From NCBI RefSeq assembly GCF_964188315.1, contig NC_135655.1, forward strand, positions 62,124,001-62,188,000: DNA of 64,000 nt, written 5' to 3'. The translations under genes and the position numbers were made by a program. Source of the stretch: Podarcis muralis (lineage: Eukaryota). Below the pieces are notes generated by a model. It was not told where the DNA came from. It ran no database searches and was given only the letters and a program-made list of their open reading frames with translations. Position 1 is the stretch's first letter. Every line of letters begins with the position of its first letter. Positions 49,879-61,489 of this stretch are shown here, one piece after another.

Positions 49879-50400
49879 AAAGTAAGGGACCCCTGACCAT
49901 TCGGTCCAGTCATGGCCGACTCTGGGGTCGCGGCGCTCATCTCGCTTTATTGGCCAAGGGAGCCAGTGTACAGCTTCTGGATCATGTGGCCAGCATGACT
50001 AAGCCACTTCTGGCGAACCAGAGCAGCGCACGGAAATGCCGTTTACCGTTTTTGTCTTAAAAGGTACAGGTAAAGGACCCCTGACAGTTAAGTTCAGTCG
50101 CAGATGACTGTGGGGTTGTGGCGCTCATATGGCTTTACAGGCCGAGGGAGCCAGCATTTGTCTGCAGACAGTTTTTCCAGGTCATGTGACCAGCATGACT
50201 AAGCCGCTTCTGGTGCAACAGAACACCAAAACCAGAGCAGCGCACGGAAACGCCATTTACCTTCCCACCGGAGCGGTACCTATTTATCTACTTGCACTTT
50301 GGCATGCTTTCGAACTGCTAGGTTGGCAGGAGCAGGGACCGACCTTCTGATCGGCAAGCCCTAGGCTCTGTGGTTTAATCCACAGTGCCACCCACGTCCC
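49879..50400 (-). mobile_element. Composite Sauria SINE (duplicated 3' half, B-box deleted)
   Basis: Two tails, at 49879 and 50059, and one head at 50400. The two 3' halves belong to different subfamilies. Confidence 0.9.
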
Positions 50401-50938
50401 TTATAGTTCATCAGCTTTATTATCAAACCTATGTACGAAAATGTCAATGTGTGTGGCTAATATATAATCATTGATCCTTGAATTGTTCTGCGTATCCCCT
50501 TGGAATACAGCTATTGGCCCTTCCTGACATTGATTTGGAGCACTTTCTTTTTTTAAAAAAATCATATTTATTAAAGTTTCCAAAAAATCCAAAATATAAA
50601 AAGAAAAAAGACATAAAAAAGAAAAAAAAAAGAAAAAAAAGAATATTTAAAACCTTATTTTCATTAACATCTTTCCAGGACTTCCCCACCCCTCCCCCTA
50701 TTGTATTCCATTTCCATTAGATTAATTCCACAAGTTTTTTCCCCAAATTTAAAACTTATTATATTTAGCCCAATATTCAATTTAATTCATCTTATATAAT
50801 CCCTTTCCCTTAAAAATACCTTCTTTCAACATTTAAATTCTTTTTTTCCTCCCTAAGGACGACCCCAATTCCCTTCCACGAATTCCCCTTTTTAATAGAC
50901 ACAAAAATTAAAAGAAATAAAAAAGAAGATTCTTAATA

Positions 50939-52342
50939 CAGTGGTGCCTCGCAAGACGAAATTAATTCGTTCCGCAAGTCTCTTCGTCTTGCGAGTTTTT
51001 CGTCTTGTGATGCACGGTTTCCCATAGGAATGCATTGAAAATCAATTAATGCGTTCCTAGGGAAACCGCCTTCAGACCAGGTCCAGGGACAGTCTGTCCC
51101 CGGAACTCTTCTGAAGGCTGGGGGGCGGGCAAGGGCTTTTCTTCCCACCCCCAGCATTTTAAAAAACCCCGGGACAGCGGAGGACGTCTCCGCTGTCCGG
51201 GGCGATCTTAAAATGCTGACGGGCGGCATTTTAAAATCACCCGGGACAGCGGAGGACTTCTCCACTGTCCGGGGCGATTTAAAAGCCCCTGGGAAGGCAG
51301 GCAGGGGGGACAAAGACTTTCGCCCCCGCCAGCCTTCAGAAAAGGTCCTGGACCTCTTCTGAAGGCTGGCGGGGGGCGAAAGTCTTTGCTCCCCCCGCCT
51401 GCCTTCAAAAGCTGTCCGGCCCAGGCTTCGCGGACCTCTCCGCAAGCAGCGGCAGCGCTGCCGCTGCTTGCGGACAGGTGCCAGCATGCCGAAGCCTGCG
51501 CGCGCTGAGATCAGCGCGCCCAGGCTTCCCGCCCCGCCGCCCGGGATCGGGGCATCGTCCCGATGGCGCGCGGCGGCGGAGGCGTTCCCCCCCCGCCGCC
51601 CGGGATCGGGGCATCGTCCCGATGGCGGGCGGCGGGGGGAGGCGTTCCCGCCCCGCCGCCCGGGATCGGGGCATCGTCCCGATGGCGCGCGGCGGCGGAG
51701 GCATTCCCCCCCGCCGCCGCCCGGGATCGGGGCATCGTCCCAATGGTGGACGGCGGGGGGAGGCGTTCCCGCCCCGCCGCCCGGGATCGGGGCATCGTCC
51801 CGATGGCGCGCGGAGGCGGAGGCGTTCCCCCCCCCCGCCACCCGGGATCGGGGCATCGTCCCGATGGTGCGCGGTGGCAGAGGCATTCCCCCCCCGCCGC
51901 CCGGGATCGGGGCATCGTCCCGATGGCGGGCAGCGGGGGAGGCGTTCCTGCCCCGCTGCCCGGGATCGGGGCATTGTCCCGATGGCGGGCGGTGGAGGAG
52001 GCGTTCCCCCCCCCCGCCGCCCGGGATCGGGGCATCGTCCCGATGGCGCGCGGCAGCGGAGGCGTTCCCCCCCCCCCCGCCGCCCGGGATCGGGGCATCG
52101 TTCCGAAGCCCGGCGGCGGGAGGAGGTGTCCCCGCCCTGCCACCAGGCTTCGGAGGAGGTCCAAGGACAGCGGGGAAGACGCGCTGCGCTTCCCCGCTGT
52201 CCCGGAGATTTCCCTATGGGCTGTCGTCTTGCGAAGCAAGCCCATAGGGAAATTCGTTTTGTGAAGCGCCTCCAAAACGGAAAACCCTTTCGTCTAGTGG
52301 GTTTTCCATCTTGCGAGGCGTTCGTCTTGCGAGGTACCACTG
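50939..52342. mobile_element. Tc1/mariner (Tigger/pogo-like) MITE, 1404 bp
   Basis: 22-bp TIR CAGTGGT(G/A)CCTCGCAAGACGAA (21/22 match), TA on both sides, no transposase. Confidence 0.92.
51526..52130. repeat. GC-rich minisatellite, 10 units of 59-63 bp
   Basis: Core cgggatcggggcat at 51542, 51601, 51661, 51722, 51782, 51843, 51902, 51961, 52022 and 52085. Confidence 0.97.
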
Positions 52343-54159
52343 TATAATTTTACACCCTTTGGATTCCAAATCTCCCTCCCCCCTTTCCCGGTGTCGATCC
52401 CCAATATCCATCAATCTAACTGCTATCAGCCTGGAGGCCTCACGTCCATGTCCGAATCTCTCTCAGCTCCACTTTGCCGGTTTTCTTGGTAATCTTTAAC
52501 TTCAAACACCCAATCTTAAAAAAGTTCTATCTCAAGAAAGTCCATTTTTCTTCCATCCAGACCTCTATATTTAAGAGTAAAACTCAACTTCTGTTTCTTA
52601 ATCCTTTTAAGTCTGAATGTCCCAAATGTTCTAACTTCCAGCTTAGTCCAATTCTTGTTTTCTTTTATGTCCCCCCTAGCAGGCTTTTGGCCTTCCTTGA
52701 TCTTTACAATAATATGGCTCCTCCTTCATTCTCTTCCAAATCGTCATGGATCCCTTGTTCTCTTTCCTCAAATTTCTTTTCCTGTTGCGCTGCAAAAACA
52801 TACTAGTTCAAAAACTTCTGGTTCCTCTACAGAGGTGTTATTTGTTCAGGAACAAAAACTTACGTCAAGTCCCTTCCATTCTTCAATAGATAAATCTATT
52901 GTCTCCTTTAGTGTAGAAACCTCTGTAGACAAAATAATGTTTCATTTTTGCAGCTTTCCCAGGAGATAAAATAGTCCAGTCCCATTCCATGAGTATTTTT
53001 CCACTTACAGTCTTTCTTGTAATGTCCAAAAGCCCCCCTAGGGGGATTATGGTAATTTAGTTTCCTTCCAAATCAAACCCAAAAGTCCAGCTAACTTGTA
53101 TTCCTTATTTTCAGCAATTTATATCCAAATTGTAACAAATCTAACCAGCAAAGTCCTCGTAACAAAGTTCTCTTTTTGTTCTCCAACTTTGACAGCTACT
53201 TTGACAGCTGTCAAAATCTCTATATCTCTTCACCAGGCTCTCTCACTGATCTCTCCCGGTTCCCGGGGGGGTTGCATTTTAGCTCATCCACTCTTCTCCT
53301 CCAGCACAGTTACTTGTAATTTCCCATCGTGAAATTAATAGCTTTTATCAATAAAAAAGAGCGAGCTCTTCTCTCGACCTTAGTTGTCAGATCCTTGCTT
53401 TAAATTGTCTACAATGGGGGGGGGGGCGGACTTCCTTTTTGCGCCTCCCCCGCTCGTACCGAATTCCAAAAAAAACCATTTTCCCTTTTAGGTCCAATTT
53501 CCAGATTACTCACGGGTTGTTATTTTAAGTCCAGATTTTCAAAGAAGAAGTCAGCGCTCTCCGTCGAATGGCATGCGGCTTCGCTCGGCAGGGGAAGCAT
53601 AGGACTCATAGCACCACGCCACCCCCCATCCCCCGCTCCGGAGCCTTTAAAAAGGCTCCTTCGCGGGTCGGGGGGCGCAAACGGTGCCCGCCGAGTCACC
53701 AAGTCCATGGGCATCCGCGCCCATGGTTTTTGAGGGTCCCCGCGTCGCCGGCGCGGCGGGACCCGACCCCTGCCGAGCAGGCTCCCTCCAGAGCTCGGAG
53801 GGAGTCCGCCATTCGGCGCTGGCGCCAACCCGGAAGTCTGATTTGGAGCACTTTCACTTGGCATTCAAGAGTTACAGTGTAACAGTGTTCAAAAATAATG
53901 TTTACTTTGCTTGCTTTAACAAAATACAGGAGATTTTCAGAAGTACCATTGCCAAAGAAACCCATCAATCAAATGCCTTTCAATATAATTAACTTAATAC
54001 ATTTATCCCTAGTTCATATGATCAGCATTGGTTACAACACATTACTTGTGCCAAAAAGAAGAAACGAGAAGTGCAACTTAGTCAGGAATTCATGCCTTTA
54101 CTTCTTAGGTATGTGAATATGGAGTCAAAATGGTTTTGGATTGGATTGCTTGATGTACT

Positions 54160-54600
54160 TGGGAAAGCAGCTAATGTATTGATGGGGACAGTCAGACGAC
54201 AACATTTGACACCTCTGTACTGGCTGCCTTTATGCTACCAGGCCAAGTTCAAGGTCTACATGAAACCTTGAACAACATGAATACCTTAAAAACCAGGTGA
54301 GCCCTTATATCACTGAAATTATCTGCAGGAATGCTGTTAGTTTTCTCCCACATCTCAGAAGCCTGACTGGCTTCAACTAGGTTGGACATCTAATGTCACT
54401 ATTTCCATACTGTGGAATACTTTTCCAACAGAGATTCAGCAGGCATCCTTGCTGCTAGCTTTCATGTGTTTTTTAAAAACCGTTTTTATGCCAACCATCC
54501 TGTCCAGTTGTTTCCATTTCCACAAGATGATCTTATCAATGTTATGATTATTTTGATTTTTTTAAAGTATCTTATCTTTCATTGCACCTGTATGTATTGT
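54160..54600 (+). mobile_element. Old L2 LINE 3' fragment
   Basis: RQHLTPLYWLPLCYQAKFKV; catactgtggaatacttttccaacagagattcagcaggc. Confidence 0.65.
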
Positions 54601-56152
54601 TGTTTTTGTTGGCACCTGCCTGCCTTGAAACCAAACCGCTGGAGAATCACAGTGCCAGCTGTGGCTGCAAAGACTGGTAACTCAGAAGTTCTGCATTCTG
54701 TATTGTTTTCACTGCATTAGCAGCACTGAAGGGACTTCTCCTGGGCTCAAGTCTGGGCAGTGTACATGGGACTGCCCAGGCAACAAGACCCCGCTCTTAA
54801 CCTTGCTGATGTGGTCGAAAGATAAGCATTTGGCACCAGCTTGGGTGCAGCAGTTGCCAGAAGGAGGCATGGAAGACGCCATCCAAGTATCTTATGGACT
54901 CCACTCTTTAGCCTTTTCTTTTCCAAGGTGTACTAAATATTTACCAGAAAACGAAAGTGGTTTTTGGCACTGCTGGAAATGTTCACAAAGACAGTGAGTC
55001 GCTTTGCTTGATTTCTAACTGTTCTGGATATTATAAGGCTCATTTTTTACTGTGCTTCTTTAATTCCTAGAATATAAAAAACCCAACTTTAGTCTTATTG
55101 ACTGCATTGTATTTATACACCACATAAATTGTGCTTTTATCATCTGTGTGGCACTGAAGAAAAATGCTTTTGGAGACTATAGCCATGCATTTGTTACCTA
55201 ACTGGTATAATAATGACTTTGTCTATAGGGCCTTGGATTGAAATCAAATTCCCTCTGCTGCTATGTCAAACTATTTTCAACTGAATGCACTTGTAGTTTT
55301 TAAACTGAGGAATTTGTGCCAGAAATGACATCATTTTCAGATACATATTTTTACATATGAGTCCAATTTCACTTGGTTGCTGTGATGATTTGTTTCCCTG
55401 ATGGTCTATAGTCTGCCTGTTAATAGCAGTTTACTAATGTGTTGTTGGCATGGAATCACAGGAAGCCTGATTGTGTTTTTTTCTGTTGTGAACTTCACAG
55501 TAGTTCATCTAATGGTCTTCTGTTAACTTTAACCAATACACTTACTCTACCAGCTGTGAGGGACATATTTGTGAGGGCCTTTTGATTGACAACACAAAGA
55601 GCAATGGAGGCCAGATTTTAACAAGGGCAGCTTCCCATTCTGTCCACAAAGCAGTCAATAAAAATGAGAGTTGGGTTCAGAAAACTATTTTTTCACCCCA
55701 GGATTCGACGCCAGCTTACTCATGACATTGGAAGTTGTCACGGGGGTAAACTGAGGCCTATACATAGGTGTATACATTGTTTTGAGCCATGGCTACCACT
55801 GCAATACATAGCCCCAAATTGATTTTGTTTCAGTAATCATTTCATACTGGACTAGCATGCTCAGCATGGCATGAGTTGCACTGGTGAAGTAGCAACTGGA
55901 GATTTTTGTATATATGTCACAGTGATATATGAACAAGGGAGTCCATTCCTTCAGGAAAGCTAAGAAAAGGTGGATTGAGAAGATATAAATCAATATAGTG
56001 GCCAGATTCAAAGAACTGAACTCCTCTACCTGGTTGTATATCAAAGAAAATTGCAGGTTTTATCACTTGACAAACTACACCTGCCAAAACGTTATACAAC
56101 TATAAGAAACCTGTCCCTCTTTGCATTTCATCACCCTAGTTAATAGTACAGC

Positions 56153-56293
56153 NNNNNNNNNNNNNNNNNNNNNNNNNNNNNNNNNNNNNNNNNNNNNNNN
56201 NNNNNNNNNNNNNNNNNNNNNNNNNNNNNNNNNNNNNNNNNNNNNNNNNNNNNNNNNNNNNNNNNNNNNNNNNNNNNNNNNNNNNNNNNNNNN
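56153..56293. other. Assembly gap (141 N)
   Basis: Run of N. Confidence 1.
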
Positions 56294-56499
56294 AGTATTC
56301 ATTCTTGCATCCTGATAGAAAGAATGACTCTGAATGTAAGAAGCACATCTTGTGCTTAAAAAATCAACATCAAAAACAGGCCACCCAAAAAATGAACAAC
56401 ATAGTAAACAACTGGGCAAACAAAATAGGAAGGGGAAAATACGATCCTTGGGGTCCATTCCAACCCTATGATTCTAGGAAAGAAAAAGAGCCTGAATGA

Positions 56500-56686
56500 G
56501 CATATGGAGCTGTCTGTTAGTGAGTCAAGCCATTGTTCCACCTAACCCAGCTCTGTATACTCTGACTGGCAACAGCTCTCTCAGAGGTCTCTGGAAGAGG
56601 CCTTTCTTTAGCCTTTGACATGCCAGGGATTGAACCTCAAGTCTTATGTGTGAAAAGTATGTGCCCTACCACAGGGCAATGAGCCA
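56500..56686 (-). mobile_element. Squam2-like SINE
   Basis: tctgactggcaacagctctc...gacatgccagggattgaacctc...gtgccctaccac. Confidence 0.6.
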
Positions 56687-56757
56687 CACACAAGTTGATT
56701 ATGCTTGAATAGACCTCACTTTAGAAAGAGACTCACATTTTGTCTGCTATAGAGTTA

Positions 56758-56999
56758 CAGTGGTACCTCTGGTTACGAACTTAGCTCATTCCGGAGGCCC
56801 GTTCTTAACCTGAAACCGTTCTTAACCTGAGGTACCACTTTAGCTATTGGGGCCTCCCACTGCTGCCGCGCCACCAGTTTGCGAATTCTGTTCTCATCCT
56901 GAGGTAAAGTTCTTAACCCGAGGTACTACTTCCGGGTTAGTGTAGTCTGCAACCCGAAGTGTTTGTAACCTGAGGTGTTTGTAACCCGAGGTACCACTG
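56758..56999. mobile_element. Tc1/mariner-type MITE
   Basis: TA-CAGTGGTACCTC ... GAGGTACCACTG-TA. Confidence 0.92.
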
Positions 57000-57844
57000 T
57001 ATTTAGGAGAACAAGGCATCTCAGGGAGCACATGTCCTGAGCTAAAGAGGAAATATCATGAGAGGGAAGGAACACATCAGCCTCTGTGCAGTCTTCTAAT
57101 TAGGCAATGTTTGCTGTTTCTTTTACTTCTGGGAATGCTCTTTGGCATCAGGCCCCTGAGCTTGTGATCCAAGTGGAAGAGAGAGAAAGTTACTGCTTGC
57201 TGCTGAAGTAACTGTTTTTCCAAGCTCTGGTCAATGAGCCCTTCTGAACTCCATTTATAAGCTTGCTGAATGTTCCTGTTTTCCTGAAAAAGGATGTGTT
57301 GGCATATCGTGGTGAGCACGTAACTGGGTTCAAGACTTTAGCATATGCTGTGAAATTTGAATGGTTGTCAAGCATTCTAAGAATCACATTTTGCATGAAG
57401 ACCAACCGAGCAAGGGTTAGGTTTCCTGGCTCATAAAACTAGCTACACTTTATGCAAGGTTGTTCCCTGAACTTGCAATATGGATGAGAAGAAAGAGGAC
57501 GAGTGTATATTTGGATCTGGGAATTATTTGCAGGAGAAAGGCAATTTACAGGAGAGAGTCATAGAATTGTGGAATTGGAAGGATCTCGAAGGGTCATCCA
57601 GCCCAGCCCACTGCAATGCAGGAAGTGCAACTAAAGAATCTCTGGTAGCTAACTATCCAACCTCTGTTTAAAAACTTCCAATGAAGGAAAGCCCACCACC
57701 TTCCAAGATCTATTCTTACACTGTCAAACAGCTCTTACCACCAGAAATTTCTTCCTGATGTCTAGTCAGAATCTTCTTTCTTGTAACTTGAATCCTTTAG
57801 TTCGGGCTCTACCCTCCAGAGCAAGAAAAATCAAGCCTGTTCCA

Positions 57845-58448
57845 CAGTGGCGTAGCGTGGGGGGTGCAGGGGGGCCAGCCGCACCAGGTGCAACAACTGG
57901 GGGGGGCGCGCTCACCGCCTCCGGAGTCGCCGAAGAGCCTCGGGCGCAGGCTATAGCAGAGCCCCATGTCTCGTGGAACCGACGAGCTGGCAGCGGCTCT
58001 CAGCACTCACCGTGGTCCCCGCGCGTCAGGGCTGCGGAGGGCGCGCCAGGCAGCCCCTCCTCACAGCCCCGCCGCCACCGCCGCTGCTGCTGCAGCTGCT
58101 GGGCCATGTTGCATTTTCCTCGCCTCTCTGCCCTCCTCCTCCTCCGGGCAAGCGGCATCGTTTGGGCAGCAGCGCCAGTGGCAACTCACCTCAGATCACC
58201 TGACACAGACCCCCCACCGCCGCCGTGGCTACCTTACCGTAAATACCCCAGCCCAGGCAGCAGCAAGAAGAAGCTGGCAGCGGCGGCAGGTTAGGGGGCG
58301 CAAATTACTTGCCTTGCCCCGGGTTAGGGGGCACAAATTACTTGCCTTGCCCCGGGTTAGGGGGCACAAATTACTTGCCTTGCCCCGGGTTAGGGGGCGC
58401 AAATTACTTGCCTTGCCCCAGGTGCTGACAACCCATGCTACGCCGCTG
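57845..58448. mobile_element. hAT (Tip100-like) MITE, 604 bp, with a subterminal 33-bp x4 repeat (58289-58420)
   Basis: TIR CAGTGGCGTAGC / GCTACGCCGCTG, perfect 8-bp TSD CTGTTCCA. Confidence 0.92.
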
Positions 58449-58664
58449 CTGTTCCATCTTCCATGTGTCAGCTCTTTCGATAACTATCATAGCTCATCTT
58501 ATCCAAGCTCAACATACCCAGCTCCCTCAACTGTTCCTCGTAAGGCTTGGCTTCCAGACCCTTGATCATATTGTTCACTCTCTTCTGCACACATCAATAT
58601 CCTTCTTGAACTGTGGTGCCCAGAACTGGACACAGTACTCAAGGTGTTGCCTGACCGAGGCAGA

Positions 58665-58666
<2 letters not shown>

Positions 58667-58715
<49 letters not shown>

Positions 58716-59267
58716 TAGACCCCGCCCTCCTCAGCCAGGACCGGGCTCAGGACGGCTAAAATCAAAGTAAAAAGGTAAAGGGACCCCTGACCAAAGTATG
58801 ATACATTAAAAACATAAATCAAACAATCAATTAAAATACATCTTAAAATCAAATTTGGAGCAGATTATAACTATAGGGGATGGGGAACACCAAATGCTTA
58901 CTAGGCCCAACTGTTTGTGCTGGTCATATATGAAAGGGTTAGGGAGGCCACTTACACACTGGGTCTTATAACAAAAAGGGGGGGTCAGACTGGGCCCCGG
59001 CCAAAGGGCTGTCAGAACAGCTCCATCCTGCAGGCCCTGCAGAAAGATGTCAAATCCCACAGGAACCTGGTCTCTTGCGACAGAATGTTCCACCAGGCCG
59101 GGGCCAGGGCCAAAAAGCCCCTGGCTCTGGTCGAACCCAGTCTAACCTCCTTGAGGCCTGGGATCTCCAAGATGTTATTGTTTGTGGACTGTAAGGTCCT
59201 CCACAGAGCATACCAGGAAAGGCAAACCCATAAGTACGAGGGTCCTAGGCCTTATAGGACTTTAAAT
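58667..59267 (-). mobile_element. L2 LINE 3' fragment with (TAA)n tail, nested in CR1
   Basis: Minus translation GLGPSYL...ILEIPGLKEVRLGSTRARGFLALAPAWWNIL. The host CR1 resumes at aatagagtgg (3-bp AAT overlap). Confidence 0.85.
58770..58791 (-). mobile_element. 22-bp extreme 3' tip of a Sauria SINE
   Basis: aaaaggtaaagggacccctgac flanked by CAAAGTA on both sides. Confidence 0.75.
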
Positions 59268-60926
59268 AATAGAGTGGTACTATTACTTCCCTTGACCTGG
59301 ATACCTGATGCAGCCTAGAACTGCATTAGCATTTTTTTGCTGCTGCATCACACTGTTGACTCATGTTAAGCTTGTGGTCTACTAAGACCCCTAGATCCTT
59401 TTCACCTGCACTGCTGTCAGTCCAGGTGTCCCCATCCCATATTTGTGCATCTGATCTTTCCTAAGTGTATAACCTTACATTTGTCCCTATTAAAATTAAT
59501 TTTGTTAATTTGGACCTAGTTCTATACTCTGTTGAGATCATCCTGAATCCTGATTCTATCTTCTGAGGTATTCGCTATCCTTCCTAGTTTGGTGTCATCT
59601 GCAAATTTGATGAGCATGCCCTCAATTCTTTCATCCAAGTCATTTATAAAGATATTGAACAAAACCAGACCCAGGAAAGAACCCCACAGCAGCCCGCTTG
59701 ACACTTTTCTCCAGGATGATGAGGAACCATTAGCGAGTACTCTTTGGGTTCAGTCAGTCAAATAGGGTTATTTAAAACGTCTTTGCACATTTCATAATCT
59801 CATCTGTGAACAAATTATAAGTATGCTTTGACTTTGAGGCAGAGGTCTACAATAGATACTCATAAGCAAGAGTGGAACTCCTCATATACACAAGAGTAGG
59901 TATGGGACTACTGGTATGAGTTTGGTCTGCAACTCCCATGTGACCACCCATTTGCAACTGAAAATATAGACCAATCAACGGCAAGCCAATCTTAAATAAT
60001 GTTAGTCAAATTCAATTAAACTCAAACTTCTTGCAGCTGTATCCTTTTACTAAATTCCAAGCTACTTGGATTAGCCAGGCTTAGCAGTGTACAAAAAGTC
60101 AAGGTGCAACACCTTGTAAATATTAAGCAAAATTATTTCTTTTTGAGTATCACTGCAGGGTATGTGGCTTGAATTACAAATTGATACCTTTGCTGTGTTA
60201 CGGGTTGATGGTGTACATAACCAGTTTCTGTAGGGTCAGGAATATATGAATATTTGTTACTTTCAACTCACATCTTTCAATATTATATGCATTCAGATAT
60301 TAAATTATAGCTGCAGATAGAGTATATAATTGACTAATAGTCATTTGATGTGAAGTTGTACTTTGGGCAAAGACATTGTCCTTTGGTTGATTGTATGAGA
60401 CAGTGGGGGGGCTGACATATGAACATCATAATCTAAGAGCCTGATAGTTCAGACCAATGGCCTGCAACATTCCTTTAGAAATCATACTGGAACAAATCTA
60501 ATCGTTAGAGTAGATTTATTTGTTTTATGTTCAAACTGAAGCAAGGATTCTCAGCTAGTAAAGCCTTGTTGATTTTCCAGAGTTGTTACATACACTGTTT
60601 TCTTATCTTCTGCAGGCTGTGTGCTCTGCAGACATTTTAAGTACTGTAATTAATATTTAGAATTTACACCCTGAGTCAGAACCTCCAGTCAGCATTTTCA
60701 CATAATTTCTATTGACCTTAGTAGGAGTTTGGTACTTTGGAAGATAAGAAGATGGGTGATCTTTTCCGAGTACTAAAGGACTGATTTGCAGCCAATGGGC
60801 AATCCAGCCTTTGGAAATACTTATGCTGGCTGATACACAGTGAATTATATTATATTAGTAGGAAAACCACAAACTCAGAAAAATGCTCCAAAAATGCAGT
60901 TAGTTAATCCATGGCACTTATGACAG

Positions 60927-61078
60927 AGGATGGGGAATGAGGCTCTGGGAAGCATGTGGCCCTCCAGATGTTGTTGGACTCAAACTCCTCTCATCGCTAA
61001 GAATTAGCCATGCTGGTTGGAACTGATGTGAAGTTAAGTCCGGCAACCTCTGGAGGACAACAAGTTCCTCCTGCCCAG
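60927..61078. mobile_element. Degenerate URR1-like hAT MITE
   Basis: gtggccctccagatgttgttggactc...caacctctggagg inverted arms. Confidence 0.5.
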
Positions 61079-61489
61079 TTTAACTTAGACCTGAACGTTG
61101 CTGATGCCTTTCTCAGAGGTAGATAGTATCACAATTGCACAAGTTTTCCAAAATGCCTCTTGGAACTCGAAATGAGCCTCGAGAGAGAGAGACTGTGCAT
61201 GTAGCTGACACCGTTTTCTTGGAAGAGCGTGTGCCTGAGTGTTCCAGATGTCAGTCTTGTTATCCGGAGGATTAAGATGAAAATTCTCTCTCTTGATACA
61301 ACATGTCACAACATTTGCAGGTCTGAAATGAGAACAAGTAGAATCCTCGTTAAATAATGTAGCATCAAGAACTAAGTCCGCAGTCCTAAACTAGGAGTAA
61401 GTTGCACTGAACACAATGGGATTTATTTCTGAGTAAACAAGCACAGCATTGATCATGTTCTCCATTATAAGACTCCTGAAACATATATA

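Larger units (their letters stand above)
50548..53838 (-). mobile_element. Non-autonomous L1-tailed retroelement (no ORF2), full length
   Basis: 17-bp TSD TGATTTGGAGCACTTTC at 50531-50547 and 53839-53855. 5' end GACTTCCGG with CpG-rich leader. 3' G-tract / T-rich / AATAAA / A-tail organisation like the L1 fragment at 16225. About 1.9 kb without the MITE. Confidence 0.8.
57558..59761 (-). mobile_element. CR1 LINE 3' fragment (~1 kb) carrying two nested insertions
   Basis: Tail gtcatagaattgtggaattggaagg; RT remnant LFNIFINDLDERIEGMLIKFADDTKLG. Confidence 0.9.

Noticed and set aside
51526-52130. Repeat array resembling CRISPR (also 58289-58420)
   Set aside because: Vertebrate context, no unique spacers, no cas genes; tandem VNTRs inside MITEs.
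50933-52347. Six overlapping 233-317 aa ORFs
   Set aside because: They arise from the stop-free GC minisatellite inside a MITE; the translations are repetitive in all frames.
57758-58770. 178-aa, 199-aa and poly-Leu ORFs
   Set aside because: Derived from the GC-rich hAT MITE, its 33-bp repeat and a (TAT)n tail.
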